NCBI GenBank assembly: GCA_913020045.1
Contig: CAJWBE010000017.1
Span: forward strand, 1,493 to 65,492
DNA from: an uncultured Oleiphilus sp.
GTDB taxonomy: Bacteria; Pseudomonadota; Gammaproteobacteria; Pseudomonadales; Oleiphilaceae
Reading direction: 5' to 3'
DNA: 64,000 nt
Part shown: positions 47,958 to 60,635 of the stretch, piece after piece
Layout: every line of letters starts with the position of its first letter
Position numbering within the stretch: position 1 is the stretch's first letter
Program-made: the position numbers and the translations under genes
Notes under the pieces: generated by a model
What the model saw: the letters and a program-made list of their open reading frames with translations, nothing else
What the model was told of the DNA's origin: nothing
The model's database searches: none

Positions 47958-48434
47958 TTAATTGAAGCAGCTACTCAGGCAGAGTCTTAGCTTTTCTACC
48001 AGCCCTTGAATATCGTCCTCAGTCCCTACTTCACGCCAAATAACGGCCACTCCCAGCGGGCTAAACACCAAGGCCTCAGCAGACTCGGGCCAAGCAGACA
48101 AAAGGCCAGCCGCCTCAACCCGCTGTCGTAAGGGGTCTAGCATATCCAACTCGTGAAGATTCGCATCAAAAGACAATCGAACGACTTTGAATCCTTTCAA
48201 CGACGCACTTGCGCCGCCATCATTCCCCAATTCATAACTCACATATCCACGGTGATCATCCACCCAAGGGATCATCTGAGTCGCCATTGCTTTATCGATC
48301 AAACGAACACGGGCAGAACACTCCATAGCGCGTTTTCGCATCGCAGAAATACGCTTCTCGCGCGGAGAAGGCATTACCCATAACACCGAGCCCGCCATCG
48401 CAAGGGTCAGTAATATGGCGATAACAAAACCCAT
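47958..48434 (-). CDS. Membrane-anchored protein, unknown function
   Basis: It has an N-terminal TM helix. The start shares one base with the uup stop (TAATG), which implies coupling to uup. Confidence 0.5.
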   Translation of the reverse strand: MGFVIAILLTLAMAGSVLWVMPSPREKRISAMRKRAMECSARVRLIDKAMATQMIPWVDDHRGYVSYELGNDGGASASLKGFKVVRLSFDANLHELDMLDPLRQRVEAAGLLSAWPESAEALVFSPLGVAVIWREVGTEDDIQGLVEKLRLCLSSCFN

Positions 48435-50413
48435 TATAGGCCCGCCTCTTCTTCTAGCTCCATCCAGCGTTCAATAGCCTCAGCCAATTCACTTTCAAGC
48501 TCTTGTAGACGCTTTCCTGCCGCCTCAACGTCAGCCTGATCACCGCTATAGAATGAAGCGTCGCTCATTCGCAAATTCAGATCAGCGAGCTCCTGCTCTA
48601 GCTGCTCAATTTTCCCTGGCAGCGCCTCCAATTCACGCTGGACCTTATAACTTAGCTTTTTCTTCGCGGATGACTGACTAGCAGCCGGCGCCAAGACGTC
48701 GCTGTTTTTTGGTTTAGCATCATCTGTTACTGCAGACGCTTCAGTGTCAATAGCTGGAGACCCTGTTTGAACCGCCGCATCGACGGAGCCAAATGTAGAC
48801 TCATCCGCCAACACACCTCCGGTTTGGCGAACCCAATCCTGATAACCGCCAACATACTCGGAAATTCTTCCACCGCCCTCAAATACAATCGTACTTGTGA
48901 CCACTTGGTCGAGAAAATCCCTATCGTGACTTGTTATCAGAAGTGTGCCATCAAAATCACTCAGTTTTTCTTCTAATAACTCCAGCGTCTCAACATCCAA
49001 ATCATTGGTTGGCTCATCCATCACAATCAGATTCGCCGGACGCGCAAACAAACGCGCTAGCAACAGGCGATTTGTCTCGCCACCAGAAAGCGCTTTAACA
49101 GGCGAGCGAGCGCGCTCAGACGTAAAGAGAAAGTCATTTAAATAGCTCATCACATGGCGCTGCTTGCCGTTTAACTCAACAAACTCATGACCATCAGCCA
49201 CATTGTCAAACACCGCCTGTTCCGGATCAAGACCCGCTCTAAGCTGATCAAAATAAGCCACTTCTAGTTTCGTGCCTAGCTTAAGAGTTCCCGCGTTTGG
49301 CGCCAATTGACCGAGCAAAAGGCGTAGCAATGTAGTTTTTCCAGCGCCATTGGCTCCGATCAAGCCAATACGGTCACCACGAAGAATACTTGTCGTAAAG
49401 CTCTTGACGATACTGCGGCCGTCATCAAACGCATAATCGATCGCTTCTGCCTCAACCACCAGCTTTCCTGACGGCGCCGCAGACGCGATACTCATGCTCG
49501 CTTTGCCCTGACGTTCTAGCCGTGCCTTGCGCTCATCACGCATTGACTTAAGCGCTCTAACACGACCTTCATTGCGCGTACGTCGAGCCTTAATCCCCTG
49601 ACGAATCCAAACCTCTTCTTCAGACAAACGCTTATCAAATAGCTTGTTCTGGCGCGCTTCATCTTCTAGCTGCTTTTGTTTATCTGCCAGATAGTCTTCG
49701 TAACCGCCGCGGAAAGACGTCAAGTTACCACGGTCCAACTCAACAATGCCGGACGCAAGGGCTTTAACAAATGCTCTATCGTGACTCACAAATAACAGCG
49801 CGCCCCTGAATTCTTTCAACTGCTGCTCTAACCAACGGATAGTATTAATATCCAAATGGTTGGTCGGCTCATCAAGCAATAAGAGATCCGGCTCATTAAT
49901 CAAAGCCTTTGCCAGCAATACTCGTCTACGCCACCCTCCCGATAAGGACTTCATCGTGGCATCTTCTTCGATACCAAAGCGCTTCAACATATGAGAAATT
50001 TTGCTTTGAAAAGACCAACCATCAACCCCTTCGATTTTATCTTGCAACACCTGCATTTCCGCTAACATATCGTCAGAAAAACCTGCATCGCCTTGGTTGA
50101 CTAGGGCATGATAACGCTGCAACCACCCACCCATATCGCCCAAGCCTTCGGCAACGACGTCAAATGCCAAACGCTCATCCGCCGCGGGCATCATTTGTGG
50201 TAAAAAACCCATTTTGAGCGACTTATCAAAGACCACTTCTCCAGAGTCAGGCAAAGCGACCTTGGTCAGCAAACTCATTAACGAGGACTTCCCCTCGCCG
50301 TTGCGACCAAGAAGACAAATTTTGTCCCCGGGTTCAATAACAAAATCCACTTCATCCAACAAAGGTTTGTGGCCATAGGCTAGCGATACACGCTCTAAAC
50401 GAATTAAACTCAT
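48434..50413 (-). CDS. uup: ABC-F family ATPase Uup
   Basis: It has two ABC cassettes (GRNGEGKS, LSGGWRRRVLLA; GANGAGKT, LSGGETNRLLLA) and a C-terminal coiled coil. Confidence 0.9.
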   Translation of the reverse strand: MSLIRLERVSLAYGHKPLLDEVDFVIEPGDKICLLGRNGEGKSSLMSLLTKVALPDSGEVVFDKSLKMGFLPQMMPAADERLAFDVVAEGLGDMGGWLQRYHALVNQGDAGFSDDMLAEMQVLQDKIEGVDGWSFQSKISHMLKRFGIEEDATMKSLSGGWRRRVLLAKALINEPDLLLLDEPTNHLDINTIRWLEQQLKEFRGALLFVSHDRAFVKALASGIVELDRGNLTSFRGGYEDYLADKQKQLEDEARQNKLFDKRLSEEEVWIRQGIKARRTRNEGRVRALKSMRDERKARLERQGKASMSIASAAPSGKLVVEAEAIDYAFDDGRSIVKSFTTSILRGDRIGLIGANGAGKTTLLRLLLGQLAPNAGTLKLGTKLEVAYFDQLRAGLDPEQAVFDNVADGHEFVELNGKQRHVMSYLNDFLFTSERARSPVKALSGGETNRLLLARLFARPANLIVMDEPTNDLDVETLELLEEKLSDFDGTLLITSHDRDFLDQVVTSTIVFEGGGRISEYVGGYQDWVRQTGGVLADESTFGSVDAAVQTGSPAIDTEASAVTDDAKPKNSDVLAPAASQSSAKKKLSYKVQRELEALPGKIEQLEQELADLNLRMSDASFYSGDQADVEAAGKRLQELESELAEAIERWMELEEEAGL

Positions 50414-50606
50414 AATGCTCGTTGACTAGTTAAAAAGACGCTGGCGAATCTCGCCAATTTTTGAGAGTGGACTATGCTTTATGAGGCTAGTACACAACTC
50501 GGCAGGAACGCGATAAGCGATCCATCAGGACAATTTAAGCATTATGCTATAAGTCTTGGTGCCACCCTAACCTTTTTGACGTTCCGGACTTTTTAGGAGC
50601 CTTACA

Positions 50607-51170
50607 TTGACGGCAAAGCAACAAAACTCTACCGCAAATAGACCTGACCTCGATTGGAGCCAGGTGCGCGAGACCATCAACATGCTCACGCTTGCAGTTT
50701 CACAAATTGAATGCACGATGACAGACGGAGAGAAATCCGTCTCCGAGCTATCCGAGTCATTCACTTATATTGCCAGTAAACTGCAGGAAATCACGGAAAA
50801 AGCGAACGAAGACATTGCTAAAGACGCGTCATTGAAAGTTGATGCAGAAGACGTGCATTCTCGCGTTGTGAACGCGATCATCTCGTTCCAGTTTTATGAC
50901 CGACTCTCCCAAAGACTCGATCACGTCAAACGAGATTTATTATGGCTAAGCGAGCTAGTCAGCAATCCAGAGGAGCTATATAACCCCTCTTCGTGGAAAA
51001 AATTGCAAGAAGACATCATGTCGAACTATACGATGGAAGAAGAGCGCTTAATGTTTCAGCACATCATGTCCGGCGCTAGCGTTCAGGAAGCGCTTGAAAT
51101 TTATCATCATCACTTCGAAAAAAGTAAAGAGAAGGACGACAATACCAATGACGAGGTTGACCTCTTTTAG
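50607..51170 (+). CDS. Hypothetical helical protein (possible distant CheZ-like; see findings)
   Basis: 187 aa with a TTG start. It is helical, contains FQFYDRLSQRL and ends in an acidic tail, ...DDNTNDEVDLF. Confidence 0.45.
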   Translation: MTAKQQNSTANRPDLDWSQVRETINMLTLAVSQIECTMTDGEKSVSELSESFTYIASKLQEITEKANEDIAKDASLKVDAEDVHSRVVNAIISFQFYDRLSQRLDHVKRDLLWLSELVSNPEELYNPSSWKKLQEDIMSNYTMEEERLMFQHIMSGASVQEALEIYHHHFEKSKEKDDNTNDEVDLF

Positions 51171-51250
51171 TCAACCAATCGTCTGTGCAGTTCAGGCCTC
51201 GAATGAACAAAGTATTGTCAGACTGTTTTCGGCCAAGAACAGACTGTCGC

Positions 51251-52045
51251 TCAATCAATCAGAACAAGTTCGTCTTTTAGACCAATGGTACCATTCGTTA
51301 GTGGAACCAAATTCTGACCAAAACAAACGCCATGCTCATTCTTACGATAAGTAGCGAGTGTGCGCAGGGGCTCCTTTCCTCGCTCACCTTCGCCATTAAT
51401 CGTTGTCATCACACATCGACTGCAAGGTTTAACGACCGCAAACTCGATCGAACCGATACGGATACGACGCCAACCATCTTCTTCAAAGGCAGTTCGCCCA
51501 GCAAAAACAATATTGGGCCGAAAGCGAGACATCGGTACCGGCGCATCGAGACGGCTATTCAAGTCTGCTAGAGAGGCGGTATTGCAAAGAAGTACAGGAA
51601 ACCCATCGGCAAAACTAACGCGACGATCGGCATTAAAATACTCACGATCAACTTGTCGAAAAGAGCTGTCCGGCATATACACAAGCCTAACAGGCTTTCC
51701 AATATAGTCACTCAGCACGCTATCCGCATCCCCAGACCTGACACCCAGCGCCGCGACACTATCGCCCCACACACTCACCTGCAAAGGTTCAGAGAACTCA
51801 TTCACTCGATACGTTAAACACCCAAAGGAAGCATGATGCAGACTCAACTTGCCAGCCAGCAACTCGGCCGATATAAAGCTGAGGCAAGTATCAGAGCGCT
51901 GTGTAATAAACTGGCCATTGCCATCAACCAGCATAAAGCGTCGGTCCGAGGCAGGGCCAAACTCGTCGAAGGACAGCGACTCAACGTCAATTTCACCCAG
52001 TGACTTTACGGGATAATAGAGTAGAGACTTAATAGAAAAAGACAT
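51251..52045 (-). CDS. MOSC domain protein (YcbX-like, lacking the ferredoxin domain)
   Basis: The MOSC N-terminal beta-barrel is LLYYPVKSLGE...DRRFMLVD. The MOSC core is FADGFPVLL...RFRPNIV...VKPCSRCVMTT. Confidence 0.85.
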   Translation of the reverse strand: MSFSIKSLLYYPVKSLGEIDVESLSFDEFGPASDRRFMLVDGNGQFITQRSDTCLSFISAELLAGKLSLHHASFGCLTYRVNEFSEPLQVSVWGDSVAALGVRSGDADSVLSDYIGKPVRLVYMPDSSFRQVDREYFNADRRVSFADGFPVLLCNTASLADLNSRLDAPVPMSRFRPNIVFAGRTAFEEDGWRRIRIGSIEFAVVKPCSRCVMTTINGEGERGKEPLRTLATYRKNEHGVCFGQNLVPLTNGTIGLKDELVLID

Positions 52046-52136
52046 GAGATAGGCACCTAACCGCTTCGATCAGCAATGCTATCACAGAGATTTTATTGAT
52101 TGTTAAGAATAGAGAAAAACGAAGAGTTAAGAAATT

Positions 52137-52212
52137 TGGAGCGGGAAACGAGATTCGAACTCGCGACCCCAACCTTGGCAAGGTTGTGCTCTACCAACTG
52201 AGCTATTCCCGC
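52137..52212 (-). tRNA. tRNA-Gly (anticodon GCC)
   Basis: The reverse complement reads GCGGGAATAGCTCAGTTGGTAGAGCACAACCTTGCCAAGGTTGGGGTCGCGAGTTCGAATCTCGTTTCCCGCTCCA. It is 76 nt, folds as a cloverleaf, has the anticodon loop CTTGCCAAG and an encoded CCA. Confidence 0.95.
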
Positions 52213-52454
52213 TTAATTTCTTTTGTGTTTTTACTTGCACTCCAAGTGAGGTCGACCACAAAACAACAGGACAAACCTCAAAAAACTTCAATTAAGTCAA
52301 AGACTAAGCTTAAATAAAAAGCCATCAACTTCGAAGTGGGGCGTATTATATGGAGTGACTTTTATGCTTGCAAGCATTAATTCCTGAAATAAATGCATTT
52401 TGCAGTCATTGCCGGCCTCAATGCTATAAAACCGGCAACGCTTCTCACTAAACG

Positions 52455-54812
<2,358 letters not shown>

Positions 54813-54966
54813 AGATAAACCTGCTGAAATGACACCTTCTAATAGTAGACGCACCTTGCGCACTTAACTAATTTATAGCAGGTTTTACAATAACAACAAC
54901 GAGGATTTAAATGCGTTTTATACGATTTGCTTAGTTAAACTTTGTTTTAACAGCAGTTTTTAGTTT

Positions 54967-55182
54967 TTATGCACTGCGAAGCAATCGAAAACGCGGCACT
55001 GAATTTCCATCAACGGTGACACTTTCAACAAACATTGCATGCGGCCTTACCCACAAACCAAACTCACCATACAGCGCTCGATAGACAACCATCGCCTCTT
55101 CAGTTTCACTGTGATGAGCCAAACCAATCACTTCGTAATGGGCTCCTTTGTAGTGTTCATAGACTCCTGGCTCAACCATCAA
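54967..55182 (-). CDS. DUF1653 domain protein
   Basis: GVYEHYKGAHYEVIGLAHHSETEEAMVVYRALYGEFGLWVRP is the DUF1653 pattern. Confidence 0.8.
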   Translation of the reverse strand: MMVEPGVYEHYKGAHYEVIGLAHHSETEEAMVVYRALYGEFGLWVRPHAMFVESVTVDGNSVPRFRLLRSA

Positions 55183-55520
55183 GCTCTCTCCATCCCAAGC
55201 AAACGACGCAACACCGACTCCAATAAAATGACAACAATCATCAGAGCAAAGGCATAAAGCATATAGGCCCCCGCTTCCAAGGCCTTCTCATGATGGCCAA
55301 GAATCCAGTCGTAGAAACCGACCAGATAAGCAGGCGCCAACCACATTTCATCATGCTCAATATTGATTGGGGTAAATAGCACCGCTGCCAGGACCGCCCT
55401 CAAAGAGCGTCGCGTGCGTCGCCACGTAATATTCCCAGTCATGCGCCAGAACACGATGACAATACCCACTGCCGCCAGCAAATAAACCAACCAAGCTATG
55501 ACGTAACCACTTATTTCCAA
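55179..55520 (-). CDS. Small membrane protein, unknown function
   Basis: 113 aa with three hydrophobic helices. The ATGA overlaps the downstream DUF1653 gene. Confidence 0.5.
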   Translation of the reverse strand: MEISGYVIAWLVYLLAAVGIVIVFWRMTGNITWRRTRRSLRAVLAAVLFTPINIEHDEMWLAPAYLVGFYDWILGHHEKALEAGAYMLYAFALMIVVILLESVLRRLLGMERA

Positions 55521-55552
55521 AATAAACCCCTAGCTAACACGCGCTGAAAACC

Positions 55553-55990
55553 TCACAGGTTATCAATAATATATAAGTCCAAGTCTTCCTCATCGACCTC
55601 CGCTTCGGAGATCGCCTTTCCCCTCACAGAGACATGAGCAGCATGCACTGAGTATGGGTCACCGGACACCAGAGGGTGCCAATCGGGCAAACCCTGACCT
55701 TCATAAATAAGTCGATAGGCACACGTTGACGGCAAGTATGCAAATTCGCTTAAGTTCTCAGGCCGCAACGACACACAATCGGGAACATGCTTTAAACGCT
55801 CCTGATAAACGGAGCAACGACAAGCGTCCAAGTCCAAAAACTCACAAGCAACAGAGGTAAAACAAAGCTCGCCACTGTCCTCATCTTCTAGTTTATGCAG
55901 ACAACATTTGCCACAGCCGTCACATAAAGACTCCCATTGTTGGGTATCCATTTCCTGCAATGAAAGGTGCGTCCAAAATTTCTCACTCAT
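55553..55990 (-). CDS. ycgN: YcgN (UPF0260) cysteine-cluster protein
   Basis: WESLCDGCGKCCLHKLEDEDSGELCFTSVACEFLDLDACRCSVYQER. Confidence 0.85.
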   Translation of the reverse strand: MSEKFWTHLSLQEMDTQQWESLCDGCGKCCLHKLEDEDSGELCFTSVACEFLDLDACRCSVYQERLKHVPDCVSLRPENLSEFAYLPSTCAYRLIYEGQGLPDWHPLVSGDPYSVHAAHVSVRGKAISEAEVDEEDLDLYIIDNL

Positions 55991-56000
55991 GACGGACGGC

Positions 56001-56354
56001 CTAACCGTGCAAAGAATCTTTAGGCGATGCCGGAACCAAGGCTGGGTCCACTCTGTCTAGGTCAGATTCGGCAGGAGGCATCTGCAAATAAAAACCCTGC
56101 TCCGCGATACTTGCCAGCACCCGAGACGCCTCAGCCCGCGCGAGGACCTTATCTTTCGTAAGCACCATATCCATCACATGGAGCGGCGTGCCGAGCATAG
56201 ACACGAGCGCTTCAGGAAGCTCGTCTAGTTTCGCGCTGCGATCCATATAAACATACATCTCTTGCTTTCGAGAGCTCTTATAAATGGAACAAAACCGCTT
56301 GGCGTCTGATGTATATTCTTTCACTAAAAAAACCTCATTGAACTGCGCTAGCAA
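56001..56354 (-). CDS. ycgL: YcgL domain protein
   Basis: CSIYKSSRKQEMYVYMD...LPEALVSMLG. An alternative GTG start at 56324 has GAGG upstream. Confidence 0.8.
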   Translation of the reverse strand: MLAQFNEVFLVKEYTSDAKRFCSIYKSSRKQEMYVYMDRSAKLDELPEALVSMLGTPLHVMDMVLTKDKVLARAEASRVLASIAEQGFYLQMPPAESDLDRVDPALVPASPKDSLHG

Positions 56355-56364
56355 AACTATAAAA

Positions 56365-57483
56365 TTATGGCGCCAATATTTCTAAAAATGGCTGTTCGAG
56401 ATAAGTCGATCGCCAACCTCGGTACGCCAAGGGTAAATCTGGTTTTTGATCACGTTGCACATCCACCACGACCTGCTCCAACAGTTTTCGAGACCCTAAT
56501 AACTGTTCAGCAATGCCCGTTTTCTCAGACACGCTTTTTACGACTTTCTTTAGCTTTCGAAAACTGTCCATCTCTAAGCCCTTCAAAGGCTTATCAACCA
56601 ACTCTAGTGCCGACATATCAACATCCAGCGGCAACGCTAACTGCGCTAGTAAGGCGTCACCAAATTGTCGAACAGATTTGTGCCGAATACCCTTTAAGCG
56701 GTTCAGTTCAGACGTTGTTTGCGGTGCTTTTTCTGCAAAACTAATCAGCAATGCATCGCTAAACACCCAAGACTTTGGTAAGTCTTTAGACACTGCAATC
56801 TCATCGCGCCAACATACCAGCTGCTTTAAACGCGCTTGCTGACTAACCTCTAGGCTCCATGCACCCCGCAGCTTCAAATACGCTTTATCTGTATTTTCTT
56901 TTCCTAAACGAACCTGATCTATCAAGCTTTTGGTTTCGTCTAAACATGCGGCTAGCAAGCCGGCCTGTGTAAGCGCTTCATGCAGTTTCTCATACAGAGT
57001 CGTTAGATATTCCGTGTCTTTCACTGCATAGACTATCTGCGTATCACTCAACGGGCGCTGCAGCCAATCAGAACGTGTTTCCGATTTATCTAACTCTACA
57101 TCCAACACACTTTTCACTAATGCCTGATAGCCTAGCGATGCGCCATAGCCCAAAAAGGCCGCTGCGATTTGCGTATCAAACACGTTCTCTGGGTACACAC
57201 CAACAACATTGCGCAGCAATTCAACGTCTTCACTCATTGAATGCATTACCACTACCGTGTCCGGACTAGTCAATACTGGAGCAAACCGCTCCAGGTCATT
57301 GACGGCAAGCGGGTCGACCAACACCACCGACTCGTTGTCCGCAATCTGCAGCAAGCCAGGTTTGGCAAAATATGTATTGGTGCGTTCAAACTCAGTGTCC
57401 AGCGCAATAAAAGGCTTCTTCAACCAGTCATCGACCCTAGCAGAAAGTATTTCGCCCTCATTAACCCATTCAAAATCTGACAT
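56365..57483 (-). CDS. rnd: Ribonuclease D
   Basis: The DEDD 3'-5' exonuclease motifs are IALDTEFERT, VMHSMSEDVELL and YAVKDTEYL, followed by an HRDC-like region. Confidence 0.9.
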   Translation of the reverse strand: MSDFEWVNEGEILSARVDDWLKKPFIALDTEFERTNTYFAKPGLLQIADNESVVLVDPLAVNDLERFAPVLTSPDTVVVMHSMSEDVELLRNVVGVYPENVFDTQIAAAFLGYGASLGYQALVKSVLDVELDKSETRSDWLQRPLSDTQIVYAVKDTEYLTTLYEKLHEALTQAGLLAACLDETKSLIDQVRLGKENTDKAYLKLRGAWSLEVSQQARLKQLVCWRDEIAVSKDLPKSWVFSDALLISFAEKAPQTTSELNRLKGIRHKSVRQFGDALLAQLALPLDVDMSALELVDKPLKGLEMDSFRKLKKVVKSVSEKTGIAEQLLGSRKLLEQVVVDVQRDQKPDLPLAYRGWRSTYLEQPFLEILAP

Positions 57484-57487
57484 AACT

Positions 57488-58093
57488 CTATAAATTCTCT
57501 AACGGCTTTCGCCCTGAAAACGCATGACTCAACGTACCGCCATCCACAAACCCAAGCTCACCGCCCAACGGAATTCCATGTGCCAAACGAGTCAGCAAAA
57601 TATCTTTTCCGCTCAATAGCTCCGCAATATAATGGGCGGTTGCCTCGCCTTCAACCGTGGGGTTAGTTGCTAAAATAACCTCCGTTACTTCGCCACCGCG
57701 CATTCGCTCTATGAATGCAGGAATACCTATCTGTTCCGGCCCTCTTCCATCTAGAGGCGACAAGCTTCCCCCCAACACAAAATAAGAGCCCTTAAAGTAG
57801 CGCGCCTGTTCGATTGCAATAACGTCGGAAGGCGACTCAACAATGCACAGCGAAGCCGGGTCTCGCTGCACGTCTCTGCAAATCCGACAAAGCGCTTCTT
57901 CAGTAAGATTTCGGCATCGTTCACAATGCCCCACCTCGACCGACGCGGTTTGAAGTGCCGCTGCCAGACGCTGAGCCCCTACTCGGTTTCGCTCCAACAA
58001 ATGCATTGCCATTCGCTGCGCACTTTTATGCCCAACACCCGGTAGCTCTCGCAAGGAATCAATCAGTTCATCTATTACAGGACCAAAACTCAT
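57488..58093 (-). CDS. recR: Recombination protein RecR
   Basis: [13 protein letters not shown] (helix-hairpin-helix), the Cys4 zinc finger CERCRNL...CRIC and a Toprim domain ([10 protein letters not shown]). Confidence 0.95.
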   Translation of the reverse strand: MSFGPVIDELIDSLRELPGVGHKSAQRMAMHLLERNRVGAQRLAAALQTASVEVGHCERCRNLTEEALCRICRDVQRDPASLCIVESPSDVIAIEQARYFKGSYFVLGGSLSPLDGRGPEQIGIPAFIERMRGGEVTEVILATNPTVEGEATAHYIAELLSGKDILLTRLAHGIPLGGELGFVDGGTLSHAFSGRKPLENL

Positions 58094-58147
58094 AGCGATC
58101 TCATTTCTTGTTTACAGGACATACGACGAAAACACTTGAAAAAGCGC

Positions 58148-58477
58148 CTAAAAAGGCATTTTGAATCCCGGCGGCATCCCCATGCCAGACGCGAGCCCAG
58201 ACATCGCATTTTTGTTAGTTTCTTCAATTCTTCGCACGGCATCATTGACTGCCGCCGCCAACAAATCTTCCAAAAGCTCTTTGTCTTCAGTCATCAATGA
58301 CGAGTCGATATCAACTTTACGAACATCATGACGACCGTTCATGATCACCTTAACCATGCCAGCGCCCGACTCCCCCGTCACCTCGGCCTTCGCCATCTCT
58401 TCTTGTTGCTTCTGCATTTGTTCTTGAACTTTTTGGGCCTGCTTCATCAGATCGCCCATATTGCCGCCACCAAACAT
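58148..58477 (-). CDS. ybaB: Nucleoid-associated protein YbaB/EbfC
   Basis: 109 aa. [21 protein letters not shown]...[14 protein letters not shown].... Confidence 0.95.
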   Translation of the reverse strand: MFGGGNMGDLMKQAQKVQEQMQKQQEEMAKAEVTGESGAGMVKVIMNGRHDVRKVDIDSSLMTEDKELLEDLLAAAVNDAVRRIEETNKNAMSGLASGMGMPPGFKMPF

Positions 58478-58487
58478 AACCTTTCTC

Positions 58488-60635
58488 CTAAACTAAATCG
58501 CCCAGCGCCTTAATGCTGCCATCCACAATGGATGCGTCAAAGGCCTCAATCAACTGCTTTACATTGGGGTCTCGCCCCGCCTCTTCTGTCGCTGCTTGCA
58601 ACATTTCGCCCGCACGACGCTCGCGCCACATCATTGGCGTTTCCTGCCCAGCCAGCAGGCCATCAACAAACTTGAGCGGTTTTGAATTACCCAAGAAAGC
58701 CTGCATCGCCTCAACAATTCTCTTTTCATGATTTGAATTCAACAAACGATAATGGCCGGTTTCAACATATAAAATCGTCTCATCATCCAGCTCATCCAAA
58801 GACATATTAAACATCAAGTTTTGGGTCATGCCTGATACAGCAACCTGCATAGAACGAACCGGCCATGATTCATGTTCACTTGAAGCCGAGCCAACCGGAG
58901 CGTCCGATAAAGGTGAAGATACCGCCTCTTCGTCTACCTGCTTATCCAAATCAGGCGAGCCAGCGACCGAATCAGTACCAAACGGGTCATCCCGCTTTTT
59001 TTCTGCCGCAGGGGGCGCAGCCACTGAGTCGACAATTGCCGCGCCACTGGCCTCGATATTCGCTTGCTCAACTGGCGCGATAGTATTGGGCATTTCAGGG
59101 TTTACTGACTGTTCGACTAAACCAGACGCACTCAAGCCCTCACCGGAAGACTCATATTGCTCTGGCTCAGCTTGTCCTGCAGCAGACCTTAGCTCAGTTT
59201 TTTTTTTGCTTGAGAGGCCTTGATCTGCCCCCTGACCCGACTGCTCAGTGGGTGCGATAGAGCCAGGCGCTGAAAAGTCTTCAGGAGAATGATCATCCGA
59301 TTCAGGAATGTACCCGTAGCTTTCAATCGGAGGAGGCTCCGGCATTTGCTGGGCAGATACGTCTTGAGACCCTGATTCAGATACATGAGTCTCTACCGAG
59401 GCGATAGGCTCTTGAGCCAATTCGGGTTCGGGCTCTAGTTCAGCCGCCACCGATACCGAAGCAGACGACTCAGAAATCAGTGCATCACTTGCTTCATTAA
59501 TCTCTTTTGCAGTCGAAATATTCGCCAATTCGCCTTGCTCAACAGGCGGCCTATCTAGCTGAAATGCCAACATACGAATTAGAGCCATCTCCAATCCGGC
59601 GCGCGGATCAGGATGCATCGTTAAGTCATTACGACTCACTAAGGCGATTTGGTAAAACAACTGCAAGTCTTCTGCACTCAAGCTCCTCGCATACTCACAC
59701 ACCTCACTCTGGTCACCCATCGTGTTGTCTGTTGCGCCTGGTACCGCTTGCTCGACAGCAATACGGTGCAAAATCGAAATTAATGAGGCCAAAACAGACT
59801 GATAATCGGGAGAAAATTCTGCCAAACTGCTCACCTCATCCAACACCATCTTGGCATCGTTAGCGATCAAGGCAGCCAGAATGCGATATACCCGCTTCTG
59901 ATCAATGGTCCCCAGCATGGCGCTCACGCCAGACTCGGACAGCACACTGTTGCCATAAGCGATCGCTTGATCAGTCAAACTCAATGCGTCACGCATACTC
60001 CCGTCAGCGGCGCGCGCTAACGCCCAAAGTGCCGGATCTTCAGCTGTCACCTGCTCTTCAGACAAAATATGCTGCAAATGTCCGACAATTCGTTCTGGCG
60101 ACATGTTCTTCAAATTAAACTGCAAACATCGCGACAGAATCGTGACCGGCAGCTTCTGCGGGTCAGTTGTCGCGAACAAAAACTTAACGTGCTCTGGGGG
60201 CTCTTCAAGTGTTTTCAGTAAAGCATTGAAACTGGACTGAGAAAGCATGTGCACTTCATCAATCAGATATATTTTGAAACGGCCTTCGGTCGGCGCGTAC
60301 TGAACATTATCCAATAGCTCACGCATGTCTTCGACCTTAGTCCGCGACGCCGCATCAATTTCAATCAAATCAACGTAACGCCCCTCAACAATCGAGGTAC
60401 AGGCGCCGCACGTGCCACAAGGCTCAGCCGTAATCCCCTTATCGCAACTAAGGCACTTAGCGAGAATCCGGCCAATCGTTGTTTTACCAACGCCGCGTGT
60501 ACCGGTGAACAAATAGGCGTGATGAAGACGCTGACTTTCAAGCGCGTGAATCAGCGCTCTCAAGACATGCTCTTGACCAACCATTTGTTTGAAGTTTTGC
60601 GGACGCCACTTGCGAGCCAGTACTTGATAACTCAT
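58488..60635 (-). CDS. dnaX: DNA polymerase III subunits tau/gamma
   Basis: [15 protein letters not shown]...[15 protein letters not shown], a Cys4 zinc module and the clamp-loader motif LKTLEEPP. The tau-specific C-terminus is long and low-complexity. Confidence 0.95.
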   Translation of the reverse strand: MSYQVLARKWRPQNFKQMVGQEHVLRALIHALESQRLHHAYLFTGTRGVGKTTIGRILAKCLSCDKGITAEPCGTCGACTSIVEGRYVDLIEIDAASRTKVEDMRELLDNVQYAPTEGRFKIYLIDEVHMLSQSSFNALLKTLEEPPEHVKFLFATTDPQKLPVTILSRCLQFNLKNMSPERIVGHLQHILSEEQVTAEDPALWALARAADGSMRDALSLTDQAIAYGNSVLSESGVSAMLGTIDQKRVYRILAALIANDAKMVLDEVSSLAEFSPDYQSVLASLISILHRIAVEQAVPGATDNTMGDQSEVCEYARSLSAEDLQLFYQIALVSRNDLTMHPDPRAGLEMALIRMLAFQLDRPPVEQGELANISTAKEINEASDALISESSASVSVAAELEPEPELAQEPIASVETHVSESGSQDVSAQQMPEPPPIESYGYIPESDDHSPEDFSAPGSIAPTEQSGQGADQGLSSKKKTELRSAAGQAEPEQYESSGEGLSASGLVEQSVNPEMPNTIAPVEQANIEASGAAIVDSVAAPPAAEKKRDDPFGTDSVAGSPDLDKQVDEEAVSSPLSDAPVGSASSEHESWPVRSMQVAVSGMTQNLMFNMSLDELDDETILYVETGHYRLLNSNHEKRIVEAMQAFLGNSKPLKFVDGLLAGQETPMMWRERRAGEMLQAATEEAGRDPNVKQLIEAFDASIVDGSIKALGDLV
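59198..59207 (-). other. A10 slippery run inside dnaX (candidate tau/gamma recoding site)
   Basis: The coding strand reads AGC AAA AAA AAA ACT GAG CTA AGG at codons 477-479. The -1 frame gives AAC TGA and the +1 frame gives CTG AGC TAA. Confidence 0.5.

Noticed and set aside
51219-51246. A 9-bp perfect hairpin (cagactgtt / aacagactg) between the convergent 50607-51170 gene and the MOSC gene, considered as a terminator.
   Set aside because: There is no U-tract on either strand, so I do not annotate it as an intrinsic terminator. It may still be an RNA 3'-end stabiliser or a protein-binding site.
52096-52317. A 73-aa plus-strand ORF.
   Set aside because: It overlaps tRNA-Gly(GCC) on the opposite strand, so it is an artefact of the structured RNA sequence.
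52364-52377. A perfect 14-bp palindrome, ATGCTTGCAAGCAT, upstream of tRNA-Gly.
   Set aside because: It is a single occurrence with no matching half-sites or known consensus that I can name. It is too short to distinguish from chance in 64 kb.
52137-52454. tRNA-Gly as a possible genomic-island integration site (the vWA gene on one side, the MOSC gene on the other).
   Set aside because: I found no integrase, no recombinase and no direct repeat of the tRNA 3' end in the flanks. The flanking genes look like ordinary chromosomal genes.
58828-59223. A 131-aa plus-strand ORF, and others (58513-58731, 59507-59863), antisense to dnaX.
   Set aside because: They lie within the low-complexity tau linker, where all frames stay open, and nothing supports them as coding.
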